Shown: one piece after another, positions 1 to 11,627 of the stretch
Position numbering within the stretch: position 1 is the first letter of the stretch
How the letters are laid out: each line of letters starts with the position of its first letter
DNA from: a virus
Taxonomy: Duplodnaviria; Heunggongvirae; Uroviricota; Caudoviricetes
Strand: one strand, 5' to 3'
DNA: 36,647 nt
IMG/VR virus record: IMGVR_UViG_2698536395_000034
The notes under the pieces: generated by a model
What the model saw: only the letters and a program-made list of their open reading frames with translations
The model's database searches: none
Told to the model about the DNA's origin: nothing
Program-made: the position numbers and the translations under genes

Positions 1-1284
1 TTACAGACTTCTGGAAGGTTGCGCAGCTCTTACAACACGCGGTTGATCTTCCGCAGCGTCTTCCAGCGCACTTAAATCACGGTCTTTCACCTCTGGCATT
101 TTCAGCGCAGAGATTAAACCAATTACTGAATATGCCATGATCATAATGGCGATCGGATACCAGGATTCCGTCATGGTGCAGAAAATACCCGCCAGGATAG
201 GACCAAAACCGGAAGCGATAAGACCACCAATTTCTTTAGAAATAGCCATCCGGGTAAAGCGGTTTTTACAGCCGAACATTTCTGCCATGGTAATGTTTTC
301 CAGAGCAAATAATCCCAGCACCGCACAGTTATGAATCACAATCAGTGCAACCATAATGGTGCTCGGGGCATAGCTTTTATCTACAATGATAGAAAGCATT
401 GGCCATGCCAGCACAATCGCGGAGGTATTCATAATAATATACGGGATCCGGCGACCAATTTTATCGGATAACCAACCAAGGAACGGAATGGTCATAAAGC
501 CGAGAATCGAACTAATCATCAATGCATCTGTTGGAATTGCTTTGTTAAACAATAACGTCTGCACTAAATAGCCTGCAAGGAAAGTCTGAATTAACCCGGA
601 GTTACCCGCCTGACCAAAACGCAGCCCTGTTGCCAGCCAGAAGGATTTGCTCTGGAACATGCTACCAGCAGGTGCAGGTTTTGCTGTGGGTTGGTTGCTG
701 TCGTTAACCTTCTCAAAGACCGGGCTTTCTTTCAGATTCATACGCAACCAGATAGCAAAGACCATCACGACAACGCTCGCCAGGAACGGTATACGCCATC
801 CCCACGCAAGCAGTTCCTCTTTACTGAGAATGAAGAACATAAAGGCCCAGATTGCCGTTGCGCTCAAGGTTCCGCAGTTAGTTCCCATAGCTACAAATGA
901 GGAGATAATTCCGCGCTTACCTTTTGGCGCATATTCCGCCAGCATCGTACCGGCACCGGAAATTTCCGCACCTGCACCCAACCCCTGAATAATACGCAGC
1001 GTCACCAGCAAGATGGGGGCAAAAACACCAATCTGTGCATAGGTCGGTAACACACCAATTAAGGTGGTACAGATCCCCATCATGGTGATGGTAATAAAGA
1101 GCACTTTTTTACGCCCTATTCTGTCGCCCATTTTGCCGAAAATAAATGCTCCGACAATACGCGCCACATAACCTGCACCGTAGGTTCCCATTGCCAAAAT
1201 TAACGCCATTGCCGTTGATGATTCAGGAAAAAATATTTCATGAAACACTAACGCTGCGCCGAGCGAATATAACTGGAAATCCAT
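1..1284 (-). CDS. ydfJ: MFS-family metabolite:H+ symporter, host gene flanking the prophage
   Basis: 427-aa ORF with TAA at 1..3; hydrophobic multi-helix profile and MFS-like motif GKMGDRIGRKK; sits next to ydfK/pin as in the E. coli ydfJ neighbourhood. Confidence 0.75.
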   Translation of the reverse strand: MDFQLYSLGAALVFHEIFFPESSTAMALILAMGTYGAGYVARIVGAFIFGKMGDRIGRKKVLFITITMMGICTTLIGVLPTYAQIGVFAPILLVTLRIIQGLGAGAEISGAGTMLAEYAPKGKRGIISSFVAMGTNCGTLSATAIWAFMFFILSKEELLAWGWRIPFLASVVVMVFAIWLRMNLKESPVFEKVNDSNQPTAKPAPAGSMFQSKSFWLATGLRFGQAGNSGLIQTFLAGYLVQTLLFNKAIPTDALMISSILGFMTIPFLGWLSDKIGRRIPYIIMNTSAIVLAWPMLSIIVDKSYAPSTIMVALIVIHNCAVLGLFALENITMAEMFGCKNRFTRMAISKEIGGLIASGFGPILAGIFCTMTESWYPIAIMIMAYSVIGLISALKMPEVKDRDLSALEDAAEDQPRVVRAAQPSRSL

Positions 1285-1886
1285 AATTCACAGGTGTTTT
1301 TTCCCATCCTGTGGTTTCCTTGGCGTTTTCTAGGTTTTTTCAGATAGTTGCATTTTTTTAAAAGCATCCTAAGTTCGATCTCAGTGTCTATCTGGGGCCT
1401 ATTTCTGTCCCATATATGCCCCAAAAAACTCCCCAACAGATAAGTAGTTTTTTCATGGATTTACGCGTAAAATCAATAACGGCTGGAAATCATTCAATAC
1501 TCGCACTATCGAAAAATTTACCAGCCAACCGCAGCACGTTCTTGCATAAGGTGTGTCTGCGGTTTTTCAACTATTCAGATACATCACTCCCATCACATTC
1601 ATTCCTCCACATCAAAGGCATATAGGCTATATCACCTTGATATTTTTCTTTTTCAGATAAAAACTGTTATCTATGTATACTTTTAAACCCAATCCGTGTA
1701 GAGTCTCTGCATAAGATAGTTTGCAGTTGCCGCTTCAGCTTGCGCCATAAACCGCCTGATTTTTGCTGCCACCTGTTAGCATTCCTGTATACCTGAAACG
1801 ACAATGTTTATCTACGAACTTTAAGAACACCCAAGATAAAAATTGTCAACTATATCATATATAACACATTACTAATTCGAGGCTAT

Positions 1887-2000
1887 ATGAACAGCATACT
1901 GATAATCACTTCTCTCCTTATCATATTCAGCATTTTTAGTCATGCCCTAATAAAATTAGGGATTGGCATATCCAATAACCCAGACAAAACCGATGTATAA
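1887..2000 (+). CDS. hypothetical 37-aa hydrophobic small protein ([37 protein letters not shown])
   Basis: ATG at 1887 preceded by GAGG about 5 nt upstream; one predicted TM helix plus polar tail; below the 60-aa cutoff of the ORF track; no homology check possible. Confidence 0.25.
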
Positions 2001-2068
2001 GTCAACATATCCTGAATCAGACATACAATATCGCAATGAAAATCAATAATATTTTAAGGAATATCTTC

Positions 2069-2302
2069 ATGAAATCAAAAGACACCCTAAAGTGGTTCCC
2101 TGCGCAGCTTCCTGAAGTAAGAATTATCCTAGGGGATGCTGTAGTGGAAGTAGCAAAACAGGGAAGACCTATCAATACCAGAACATTGCTTGATTACATT
2201 GAAGGAAACATAAAGAAAAAATCATGGCTGGATAACAAAGAATTATTACAAACAGCGATATCAGTTCTTAAAGACAACCAAAATTTAAATGGTAAAATGT
2301 AA
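2069..2302 (+). CDS. ydfK: prophage cold-shock-induced small protein YdfK/YnaE family (77 aa)
   Basis: Internal ATG at 2069 with AAGGA 8 nt upstream; product starts MKSKDTLKWFPAQLPEV, recognised as YdfK/YnaE-like; ORF-track start at 2036 lacks an RBS. Confidence 0.7.
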   Translation: MKSKDTLKWFPAQLPEVRIILGDAVVEVAKQGRPINTRTLLDYIEGNIKKKSWLDNKELLQTAISVLKDNQNLNGKM

Positions 2303-2618
2303 TATAATAAACTTACTTTTTTATCATTTTTCCACTTTAACAACATTTTGCTCCACTTTTCCACGACCAAACAACTTGAAATCTGGTTAAAATAACACGC
2401 AACACTATTCTTCTTCCTTGAGTCCGCCCGGAACTCGAAAAACAAACCGAGTTAAAGCCATTTTTCACAAAATCGATTTTGGGTCTCACCAAAATTACGG
2501 GGTTGCATACGCATTCGTTTATTTTCGAACGTGTACATACAAATATGCACAAAAATAATCAAAATTATTTTCTGAGATGCATTATGATATGAACACCAAT
2601 TTCGTATAGAGTCTCACT

Positions 2619-3209
2619 ATGTCTCGAATTTTTGCTTACTGTCGGATATCAACGCTGGATCAGACCATCGAAAATCAACGCCGGGAAATCGAAAGTGCAG
2701 GTTTTAAAATCAAACCTCAGCAAATAATCGAAGAACACATTAGCGGCTCAGCAGCAACCAGTGAGCGTCCTGGTTTTAACCGGTTGCTTGCTCGCCTGAA
2801 ATGTGGTGATCAATTGATTGTGACAAAACTGGATCGCCTTGGTTGTAATGCAATGGATATCAGGAAAACAGTGGAACAACTGACCGAAACAGGTATCAGA
2901 GTGCATTGCTTAGCATTGGGGGGCATTGACCTGACCAGTCCAACAGGAAAAATGATGATGCACGTAATTTCAGCAGTCGCTGAATTTGAACGAGACCTTT
3001 TACTTGAACGCACTCATTCCGGGATAGTAAGAGCCCGCGGCGCAGGGAAACGTTTTGGTCGACCACCTGTGTTAAATGAAGAACAGAAACAGGTGGTATT
3101 CGAACGAATTAAGTCAGGTGTAAGTATAAGTGCCATTGCCCGGGAATTCAAAACCTCGCGGCAAACCATTTTAAGAGCCAAAGCAAAACTTCAGACACCT
3201 GACATATAA
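2619..3209 (+). CDS. pinQ: serine recombinase, Pin/Gin/Hin/Cin-family DNA invertase
   Basis: 196 aa; N-terminal catalytic motif YCRISTLDQ, resolvase core and C-terminal HTH ([21 protein letters not shown]); lies next to tfa/stf as pin genes do. Confidence 0.9.
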   Translation: MSRIFAYCRISTLDQTIENQRREIESAGFKIKPQQIIEEHISGSAATSERPGFNRLLARLKCGDQLIVTKLDRLGCNAMDIRKTVEQLTETGIRVHCLALGGIDLTSPTGKMMMHVISAVAEFERDLLLERTHSGIVRARGAGKRFGRPPVLNEEQKQVVFERIKSGVSISAIAREFKTSRQTILRAKAKLQTPDI

Positions 3210-3306
3210 AAAATAATCTCGGTGTGAGATGCTTTACGTCTTCCAAGCCCCCTTCCTTGCCGTAAATGGAAAGATACATCTAATTATAGAATTTATATGT
3301 TTTACC

Positions 3307-3882
3307 CTACGGCAGTGCTGGCCATTCAATATCCTGTGCAGTTGACGTATCAACACGGTTCAGCAACACCCGATACTTTTTCCAGGCTTCCAGCAATGAG
3401 GTTTCTTCCTCCGTTGCGATTTCCAGATCTACAGCATCCTGAAGTGGCGCAATATGCTCACTGGCTACCTGCATCAGGCTGTTTTTTGTTTCTTCCGCCT
3501 CTCGGATCCGGAACAGTTTTTCTGCTTCTGCATCTTTCACCCAGGCTGTGCCGTTCCACTTCTGAAACTCCCCTTCCGGCGATAACCAGGTAACATTTTC
3601 CGGTAACGGACCGAGTTCAGAAATAAATAACGCGTCCCCTGACGCTACGTCATAAACCGTTTTACCCCGATGGTCTTCAACGAGATGCCACGATGCCTTA
3701 TCACTGTTGAAAACAGCCACAAAGCCAGCAGGAATATCTGGTGGTGCAATATCGGTACTGTTTGCTGGCAGACCTGTATGAGGCGGAATATATGCGTCAC
3801 CTTCACCAATAAATTCATTAGTTCCGGCCAGCAGATTATAAATTTTTATGGTCCGTGGTTGTTCACTCATTCTGAATGCCAT
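3307..3882 (-). CDS. tfa: tail fibre assembly protein (Tfa)
   Basis: 191 aa immediately downstream of stf with 1-nt stop/start overlap at 3882; sequence recognised as lambda/Mu Tfa family. Confidence 0.85.
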   Translation of the reverse strand: MAFRMSEQPRTIKIYNLLAGTNEFIGEGDAYIPPHTGLPANSTDIAPPDIPAGFVAVFNSDKASWHLVEDHRGKTVYDVASGDALFISELGPLPENVTWLSPEGEFQKWNGTAWVKDAEAEKLFRIREAEETKNSLMQVASEHIAPLQDAVDLEIATEEETSLLEAWKKYRVLLNRVDTSTAQDIEWPALP

Positions 3883-6771
3883 TATGCAAGCCTCACAATA
3901 TAGTTAAATGCGATGTTTTTGACGGTGTTTTCCGCGTTACCAGCAGCGTTAACGGTGATGGTGTGTCCATGTGAACCAATCGCAACGGAGTGCGTATGAG
4001 CACCAATACCGACAGTATGCGCGTGTGCACCTGCAGATGCTGCTGTGCCGGACAGTGAATGGCTATGATTACCATCTGTACTGGTATTCGCTAACCACCC
4101 CGTAGACATACCTACTGAGCCTTGTACACCCCAGGTATTTTGACCTGAGCTTGTATAACCATATTGATAAGTATCTTTAAAAACACTGGGGTTAAATCGA
4201 CGGCCATCTCTATGGCTGTGATTACCAGCTGCATTCGTGCTGCCACTTAAACTATGGGTATGCGCACCAGTGTTATTCGTGGATTTAGTGCCGTAATCAA
4301 ACGACGATGTGGTTTTCGTCCCCAAATCCGTACTGGATGCGCTGGCGCTGTGGGTATGCGATTTAATGCCGTCCTGTTCCTGAGACAATACGGCCCGACC
4401 ACTGGCAGGTTTGCCCTTAATCGTCCAGCCACGCATATCAGGGATCACGCCTGACGGATAAGCCGCTGCAAGTTTCGGGTATGCAGATTTGTCAAAAGCC
4501 TGCCCCTGCATCAGGGCATAGCCAGACGGAACGGTATCTGATGGCCACGGGATTGGTGCGCCAGGCGGATAAAACTGCTCTGATGGCGTATAGAGTGAAT
4601 AAACTGTACCGTCCGTTAACCCTTCCGGCTTATTAGCAGAATATGCTGGTGACGTATGAATCGTCACGCTGGCATTACTGGTATAATCCCATTGAATATT
4701 TACACCAGTCGCATAATTTCCGATTGCAACGTAAATATCGTAAGTATCACCAGATGTATTAACCCAGGCAAAATTTGTAAACCCTGTCAATGTGCGCTGC
4801 CATAAAGCACCAGTAATCCCCTTCGGATTACCATTACCTGCACGTAAAACAAGTTCAGATATACCTGCCTGTTGAGGTGACCCCACGTTAAATCCAGCGC
4901 CACCAATCAACGTAATTGAAACAACAGAACTCGCCTGTGGCATGGTTACCGTTGCTAATTTGAACCAACCAGCACCACCGCTGAATGACATTGTTGTTGA
5001 GTTAAGCGTACCAATATCTTTCGGCGTCAGTGTTATATCCGCTGAAAGCGCCTTACCATTCACCTTACGGGCAGAAGGTACCCGACCATTCGCATTGTCA
5101 TTAGCTGCTTTCACTGCTTTCGGTGTCGCAGCAAGCGTTTCAGATGTGCTGTTGGTTGCACTACTGAGCTGGACAATTCCTTTTTGTGCTGTCGTAGCGT
5201 CCTGTGCGGTGTATTTCCCGTTAGCCNNNNNNNNNNNNNNNNNNNNNNNNNNNNNNNNNNNNNNNNNNNNNNNNNNNNNNNNNNNNNNNNNNNNNNNNNN
5301 NNNNNNNNNNNNNNNNNNNTGCCGCCTGTGACTCGGAAGTGCTGTTGGTCGCACTGCTGAGCTGTACTACCCCCTTTTTCGTCGTGCTCGCATCCTCAAG
5401 CGCCACGGCGGATGCAATATCCTCTGCACGTTTTGCCGCTGTCTCAGCGCGCGTTGCTGCGGATTCTGCCGTACTTTTGCTCTGTGCTGCCGCTGCCGCA
5501 CTGCCAGCAGCCTCTGTCGCCTTCGTGGATGCCGTCGTGGCGCTGCCCCTCGCTGCTGACGCCTGTCTGGTCGCCTCATCTTTTGAAGCAGACGCAGATG
5601 ATGCCGATGACGCCGCCGAACTGGCGGACGATGCGGCAGCCGTTTTTGAGGATTCTGCGCTGGTTTCCGACGCTTTCGCGTTCGTTTCGGATGTCTTCGC
5701 TGCGGAAGCAGACCTCGCTACTGCGCTGGCCTGTTCAGTGGCTTCGCCAGCCTTCGTTGTGGCTGTTGAAGCGGATGATGCGGCGCTTTCTGCCGATTTT
5801 CCGGCGGCGGTGGCACTGACTGCTGCCTCCTCTGCCTTAATGGACGCCTCACGGGCCGATGATGCAGCTGCTGTCTCAGAGTCTGCCGCAGCTGAGGCGC
5901 TCTGTTCCGCTGCCGTTTCAGAAGACTTAGCATTCGTCTCGGACGTTTTTGCCGCCTTCACGGAATTTCCTGCCGCCATTGCCGAGGAGGCTGCACTGCT
6001 GGCGCTTGTGGAGGCGTTCGTTTCTGATGATTTTGCCGCCTCTTTGGAGGCCGCCGCATCTCTGGCTGAAGTGGCGGCTTCTGACGCTTTCGTCGTCGCA
6101 GTGGATGCAGAAGTGGCTGCTGATTTTTGTGACGCTGCAGCATTCGTTTCTGACGTTTTCGCGGCACCGGCACTGGTGGCCGCCGCGCTTTTTGAGGACT
6201 CTGCAGCGGCAGCACTTTTTGATGCTTCTGTGGCCTTTGTTGATGCTGTTCCTGCGCTGGAAGACGCTGACTGAGCCGACGTCGCGGCCTGCCCGGCTGA
6301 TGTGCTGGCTGCACGTGCTGAGCCTGCAGCATCAGTCGCATGGGTTGCCGCCTCACGGGCTGATGTGCCGGCATCGCCGGCTGACTTCTTCGCGGCTGCC
6401 GTGTTCTGTGCCACCGCGGACGCGTTACGCGCCACCTCTTCCACCATCAGCTCAAAACGGCGCAGTGCCTCCGGACGGGCATCATCCTCCGTCATGGCAC
6501 CGAGAAAATCATTCAGCGTACCGGGTCGGGAATCTTCATACACGGTGATGGTCCCGGCATGTGACGGCGGGAATCCTTCCACCAACAGAATAACGCTGTA
6601 CTGACCGTACTCAACGTCCATACTGTAACGCCCGGCTTCATCCGGATTTTCTGAGGCCAGCGTGTTCACCACCACCGTGGTGCTGTTACGTTTTGCTTTC
6701 AGCTGGATTGTGCAGTTCTGTACCGGTTTTCCTGTGCCGTCTTTCAGTACACCTGAAATCTTTACTGCCAT
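3882..6771 (-). CDS. stf: side tail fibre protein (Stf), interrupted by an N gap; true length and frame across the gap unknown
   Basis: N-terminus [20 protein letters not shown] (lambda Stf-like) with ATG at 6771; about 330-aa Ala/Ser/Thr-rich repeat region; C-terminal His-rich GxHxH repeats typical of tail-fibre tips; the two halves are in different frames across the 93 N. Confidence 0.8.
5227..5319. other. run of 93 N (assembly gap or masked sequence) inside stf
   Basis: Literal n characters 5227..5319. Confidence 0.99.
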
Positions 6772-6782
6772 ATTCACCCCAC

Positions 6783-6808
6783 AAAAAAGCCCGCCTGAAC
6801 CGGCGGGC
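6783..6808 (-). terminator. Rho-independent terminator downstream of lom
   Basis: GC stem GCCCGCC / GGCGGGC with 5-nt loop; on the minus strand it is followed by a T6 run. Confidence 0.5.
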
Positions 6809-6835
6809 TGTCATAACACTGTGTTACCTGGCTAA

Positions 6836-7435
6836 TCAGAATTTATAACCGACACCCACGATGAAACTGTTGGTACGCCAGTCACCGCTGCCGGAGCCTT
6901 CATAAGCGACGTCAACGGCCACGGATTCGGTCGGGTTAAACTGCACGCCAGCTCCCCACGCCAGAGACGTGTTGCTGTGGCGACCGTCATCACTTCCGGT
7001 CAGCACATCGTGCGTTTTCCCCTTGTTGTCAGTTACGCGGATATAATCTCCGGAGAAAGTCGAAACACGGCTGTAAGCCATACCCGCCATCGCATACGCG
7101 CTGAACCATTCATTCACGCGCACAGACGGCCCCGCCATCACGCTGAACCAGCGGTTACGCACGGAATCTTCATGCCAGCGGGTATCGCTGTAATGCGTTT
7201 TTTGCTCATCTTCAGCGTTGGCATAACTGAATGACGTAATCAGCCCCAGCGTGTCCGTAAACTCATAACGGTATTTCACGTTAATCCCGTTCAGATTATC
7301 GCTGCCGGGAGCGTTCGTACGGGCATGAAGATACCCTGCGCTCAGTGTGGCCTGCTGCTCAGACGCCCATGCAGGCGCACCGGATACGGCCAGACAGATG
7401 GCTGCGGACAAAATGGCTGCACAAACTTTACGCAT
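6836..7435 (-). CDS. lom: outer membrane beta-barrel protein Lom (Ail/Lom/PagC family)
   Basis: 199 aa with signal peptide ([24 protein letters not shown]) and C-terminal ...GVGYKF; sits between J and stf as in lambda. Confidence 0.9.
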   Translation of the reverse strand: MRKVCAAILSAAICLAVSGAPAWASEQQATLSAGYLHARTNAPGSDNLNGINVKYRYEFTDTLGLITSFSYANAEDEQKTHYSDTRWHEDSVRNRWFSVMAGPSVRVNEWFSAYAMAGMAYSRVSTFSGDYIRVTDNKGKTHDVLTGSDDGRHSNTSLAWGAGVQFNPTESVAVDVAYEGSGSGDWRTNSFIVGVGYKF

Positions 7436-7458
7436 AATTACCTCTCGCTTTTCTGCAA

Positions 7459-7483
7459 TAAAAAAGGCGTCATTCCTGACGCC
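7459..7483 (-). terminator. Rho-independent terminator between J and lom
   Basis: Stem GGCGTCA / TGACGCC with loop TTCC; minus strand reads stem then T-run. Confidence 0.55.
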
Positions 7484-7505
7484 CTTTATTGGGGTTATAA
7501 ATATT

Positions 7506-10500
7506 TCAACGAATACTGATGCCGGAAGCAGCTTTTTTGGTCACAATCACCGTACAATCGGTGATATTGCCTGCCCCCTGATTGCCTTTCTGGAAAATCT
7601 TAAACTCCAGAGTGACGCTACCACCACCACTAGGCATATCAATAACTGCACTGTAACTACCGGGAATGGCCCCTTTAGTTTCTCTGGATGCGATTAATAC
7701 GCCGTTTTTGCGAACTTCAAAACCATAACCCGTGTATCGCGTGCCTCCTGGGTTATTTCCGCTCCCCGGATCGTCATACGCTATACCGTTAAAAATAATG
7801 GGCGGAATAATAATCTGGCGGTCAAAGTTATGATCATCGCTGATGGTGACTGTAACCGTACCGTTTGGTGTTTCCGTGTTACCCCACGTACCGACTTTTT
7901 TCGGGAAGGCTTTTGATACAGCTTTAACGAAATCCCCTCTGACCTGGGTCGCCTCCAGCATGCCCTTAATCGTACAGTTCTGGTTAATCGTGACATTGTT
8001 GAGCGTTCCTGAGTTCGCATTCACACTGCCACTGATATCCGCATTTTTAGCGGTCAGCTTTCCGTCTGATGTCAGGGAAAATACCGGAGGACTGCCACCG
8101 CTGGTAATGGTGGGGGCCGTCAGGCGCTTCAGGAACACGTCGTTCATGAATATCTGGTTGCCCTGCGCCACAAACATCGGCGTTTCATTCCCGTTTGCCG
8201 GGTCAATAAACGCGATACGGTTAGCGGCAACCAGAAACTGGCTCAGCTTGCCTTCCTCCGTGTCCTCCATGCTGAGGCCAATACCCGCGACATAATGTTT
8301 GCCGTCTTTGGTCTGCTCAATTTTGACGCCCCACATGGCATTCCATTTATCGTTGGCGTCTTTCCACTCTTTCGAAAACTCCTCCAGTTTGCTGGCGTTA
8401 TCCTCCGTCAGCTCGACTTTTTCCAGCAGCTCCTTGCCGAGATGGGATTCGGTTATCTGGCCTTTGAAAAAATCCAGGTAACCTTCCGCATCATCGCTCG
8501 CCCGACCGACAGCCTCCACAAATGCCGATTTGCCAACAGTGTTCACACTGCGGATATAAAAGTAATAATCATGGCCCGGTTTGATATTGATACTGGCGGC
8601 TATCCAGTACAGCGCCGTGCCAAGATAGCGGGCTGTGGTTTCAACCTGCCTGATATCGGTAATCCGCTTTTCCGAGAACCAGAACTCAAACTGTACCGTC
8701 GGGTCATAAATGGCAAGATGCGGCGTGGCGGTTATCTGAAAATAGCCCGGCGTCAGCTCAATCCTCGACGGTGCTGCCGGTGCGGCAATCCGGAACGATA
8801 CCGACGCCGCATCGCCCTGCTGCCCCCACGCATTTACCGCCCGGACTGTCAGCCTGTAGTTCCCCAGCGCCAGTTGCGTGAAGCGGTATGTGGTTTCCGT
8901 CGTCCGGGCCGTGCTGACCAGCCGCTCACTGCCGTCGTCCGCTGTTACGGTCAGACGGAGCAGGAAGCTCACGCCCTTCACCACCTTCGGTGTGTCCCAT
9001 CGCGCCAGCACCTGATATTCCCCGCTGTCTGCAGTGACTTCTGCGGTCAGGTGCTGCACCGCTGGCGGCGTGACACCATTCACCGTGCCACTCTGTTCGC
9101 CGTCAAAGTGCGCCCCGTTATCCACGATGGCCTCTTTTTCCGGCACATGCTGCACGGCGGTGATGGCATACGTGCCGTCGTCGTTCTCACGGATACTCAC
9201 GCAGCGGAACAGGCGCTGGCGCAGCGTCGGCAGCTTCAGCCCCCATACGCTGTATTCAGCAACACCCTCAGGAACACGGCTCACTTTTACCTTCACGCCG
9301 TCGGTGACGGACTGAACCTCCACGCTGACCGGATTGCCACTTCCGTCAACCAGGCTTATCAGCGTGGTACCGGAGGATGGCAGCGTGATTTCACGGTCGA
9401 GCGTCAGCGTCCGGGTCTGGCTGTTCACCGCCAGCACACGACCACCGGTGCTGATACCGGCATAGTCATCATCGCAGATTTCAATAACATCGCCCGGTAC
9501 ATGGCGAAGCCCTTCTGCGCCGACGCTGAAATCCACGGTCTGCGTCTCCAGCAGCTCCGTTTTAATCAGCCACAGCCCGGCGCGGTGTGCCTGCCCCCGG
9601 CTGGTACAGCCAAAGGCATCCATCTTCGTAACATTACGACCGTAACGGGCAATGGCCTGCGTATCTTCAACAAGCTCTGTCGCCGTCTCCCAGCCGTTGT
9701 TCGGGTCAATCCAGTTCACCTCAACGGCATTATGGCGGTCTTTCAGGGCGCTGAAGCTGTAGCGGAACGGCGCGCCATCATCCGGCATCACCACATTACT
9801 GCGGTTATAGGTCCACGCCTTATCCGACGGTCGGTTCTGCACGAACGTCAGCGTCTGCCCGTTCCATACCGGCATACAGCGCATCGCCGAGCAGAAATCA
9901 CTGAGAACGTCCCACGCCTTGCGCTGTGTGGTCAGGTACGCATTACAGGTGATGCGCGGCTCCGTGCCGCCAAAGCCGTCCGGCACTGACTGGTCGCAAT
10001 TCTGGCCGATGACATACAGCGCCCATTTATCCACATCCGCCGCACCAAGACGTTTCCCCATGCCGTAGCGCGGATGGGTAAGCATATCCCACAGACACCA
10101 GGCCATGTTGTTGCTGTATGCCGGTTTTAACGTTCCGTCCCAGATACCGCTGTATTGTCGCGTCTGCGGGTTATAATTCGACGGCACCTGCAGAATACGC
10201 CCGCGCAGATGATAATTACGGCTCACCTGCTGGCTGCCGAACTGCTCCGAATCCACCTGTACGCCGACCAGTGCCGTGTTCGGGTAGCACTGTTTCACAT
10301 CGATGATTTCGGTGTATGACGACCAGAGCGTTTTGTTCTGCAGCTGGTCTGTGGTGCTGTCCGGCGTCATCCTGCGCATCCGGATACTGAACGGGCGCGG
10401 CGGCAGGTTATCCACCACCACAGAGGCCAAGTACTGCGAGGTGGTTTTGCCTTTAATGGTGATGTCTTTTTCCGTCACCCAGCCACCGTTACGTTGTATC

Positions 10501-10919
10501 TGAACCAGCAGGCGGACTTCCGATGGATTCCTGTCCCCCTTTGAGGTGGTTTCCACCAGTGCCTGCACACCGAAGGTAAAGCGCAGACGGTCGATGTTTG
10601 CCGACGTGATGGTCCGGGTGATCGGCGTGTCGTATTTCACTTCCGTCCCCAGCACCGTCTCGGATCCGGAGGATTCAAATCCCTCCGGCGGTGTCTGCTC
10701 CTGCTCACCGGCCCGGAACACCACCGTGACGCCGGAGATGTTGGTATTCCCCTCAGTGTCCAGCACTGGCGTACTGTTCAGCAGCACGCTTTTTAATCCA
10801 TCCACCGGACCTTCAATCGGCCCTTCGCTGATGGCATCGATCACACTCAGCAACTGCGTGGACTTCAGGTTGTCCTTCGCTTCGCGCGGAGTATGCCCCT
10901 TACTGCTGCCTTTACCCAT
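7506..10919 (-). CDS. J: tail tip / host specificity protein J (central tail fibre)
   Basis: Start chosen at internal ATG giving [24 protein letters not shown] (lambda J N-terminus as I recall it); 1137 aa; downstream of I in lambda order. Confidence 0.93.
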   Translation of the reverse strand: MGKGSSKGHTPREAKDNLKSTQLLSVIDAISEGPIEGPVDGLKSVLLNSTPVLDTEGNTNISGVTVVFRAGEQEQTPPEGFESSGSETVLGTEVKYDTPITRTITSANIDRLRFTFGVQALVETTSKGDRNPSEVRLLVQIQRNGGWVTEKDITIKGKTTSQYLASVVVDNLPPRPFSIRMRRMTPDSTTDQLQNKTLWSSYTEIIDVKQCYPNTALVGVQVDSEQFGSQQVSRNYHLRGRILQVPSNYNPQTRQYSGIWDGTLKPAYSNNMAWCLWDMLTHPRYGMGKRLGAADVDKWALYVIGQNCDQSVPDGFGGTEPRITCNAYLTTQRKAWDVLSDFCSAMRCMPVWNGQTLTFVQNRPSDKAWTYNRSNVVMPDDGAPFRYSFSALKDRHNAVEVNWIDPNNGWETATELVEDTQAIARYGRNVTKMDAFGCTSRGQAHRAGLWLIKTELLETQTVDFSVGAEGLRHVPGDVIEICDDDYAGISTGGRVLAVNSQTRTLTLDREITLPSSGTTLISLVDGSGNPVSVEVQSVTDGVKVKVSRVPEGVAEYSVWGLKLPTLRQRLFRCVSIRENDDGTYAITAVQHVPEKEAIVDNGAHFDGEQSGTVNGVTPPAVQHLTAEVTADSGEYQVLARWDTPKVVKGVSFLLRLTVTADDGSERLVSTARTTETTYRFTQLALGNYRLTVRAVNAWGQQGDAASVSFRIAAPAAPSRIELTPGYFQITATPHLAIYDPTVQFEFWFSEKRITDIRQVETTARYLGTALYWIAASINIKPGHDYYFYIRSVNTVGKSAFVEAVGRASDDAEGYLDFFKGQITESHLGKELLEKVELTEDNASKLEEFSKEWKDANDKWNAMWGVKIEQTKDGKHYVAGIGLSMEDTEEGKLSQFLVAANRIAFIDPANGNETPMFVAQGNQIFMNDVFLKRLTAPTITSGGSPPVFSLTSDGKLTAKNADISGSVNANSGTLNNVTINQNCTIKGMLEATQVRGDFVKAVSKAFPKKVGTWGNTETPNGTVTVTISDDHNFDRQIIIPPIIFNGIAYDDPGSGNNPGGTRYTGYGFEVRKNGVLIASRETKGAIPGSYSAVIDMPSGGGSVTLEFKIFQKGNQGAGNITDCTVIVTKKAASGISIR

Positions 10920-10979
10920 TCCTAACGCTCCATAAACGACAAAACCGCCCGGAGGCGGTTTCACATAAAACGTTTTTCA

Positions 10980-11627
10980 TCAGCGACCAATCACTACAAC
11001 CTGACCACCATCCCCTTCGTCTGCCGTGCTGATCTCCTGAGAGACCACCCGCGACCCCACGCGCATTTCACCGTACAGAACGGGCAGAACATTGCCCTGG
11101 GCAACCATGTTATCCAGTGAGGAGAAATAGGTGTTCTGTTTGCCGTTATCTGTACTTGCTGCCGTGGGCGTCCTGGCTTTCGGTGCCAGCATCTGCGCCA
11201 CTCCGCCCAGGATCATACTGGCCCCTGCCGCATACATGCCCGATACAGCCGCGGCACCCAGCCAGCCCACAGGGTTCCACCATGCCACCGCAATCAGCGC
11301 CGCCCCCAGCACCACCTGAAACACACCGCCACTTTTAGCTCCCGCCAGACGCGGCACGATGTGGATCACGGCACCATTTGCCAGCGGCTCATTAAGACGG
11401 GCAGACAATTCGGTTTCACCTGCATCACGCCCGGCAATGCGTACCTGGTACCAGCCGTCGCTCAGTTTCTGACGAAACGCCGGGATCTGCATGGCCAGCG
11501 CCCGGATGGCTTCAGACCCCGTTTTCACTCGAAGGTCGATGCGGCGGCCAAATCGTTGTAAATCCCCGTAAAGGCAGATGCGTGCCATGCCCGGTGACGC
11601 CAGAGGGAGTGTGTGCGTCGCTGCCAT
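10980..11627 (-). CDS. I: tail assembly protein I
   Basis: 215 aa, MAATHTLPLASPGMARICLYGDLQRFGRR; overlaps the 3' end of K by about 100 nt as in lambda. Confidence 0.88.
   Translation of the reverse strand: MAATHTLPLASPGMARICLYGDLQRFGRRIDLRVKTGSEAIRALAMQIPAFRQKLSDGWYQVRIAGRDAGETELSARLNEPLANGAVIHIVPRLAGAKSGGVFQVVLGAALIAVAWWNPVGWLGAAAVSGMYAAGASMILGGVAQMLAPKARTPTAASTDNGKQNTYFSSLDNMVAQGNVLPVLYGEMRVGSRVVSQEISTADEGDGGQVVVIGR

Noticed and set aside
2440-2480. gix/hix-like recombination site near pin (AAACCGAGTT)
   Set aside because: Only the AAACCGAG core matches; the flanking half-sites do not fit the TTATCnAAAACC consensus and no inverted partner was found.
5340-6400. Possible CRISPR array or tandem repeat element
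   Set aside because: The periodic sequence is in-frame protein-coding repeat within stf, with no repeat-spacer structure; no other CRISPR-like array was seen.
5339-6548. Plus-strand ORFs of 311 aa and 199 aa, and minus-strand alternative-frame ORFs, within the stf repeat region
   Set aside because: All overlap the Ala/Ser/Thr-rich stf repeats; low-complexity translations (poly-Ala/Asp or Arg/Pro/Gln) are expected frame artefacts of a repetitive GC-rich tract.
8295-9989. 564-aa plus-strand ORF inside the J gene
   Set aside because: Fully antisense to a strongly recognisable J coding region; Arg/Pro/Ala-rich composition typical of a spurious antisense frame in GC-rich coding DNA; no RBS or context.
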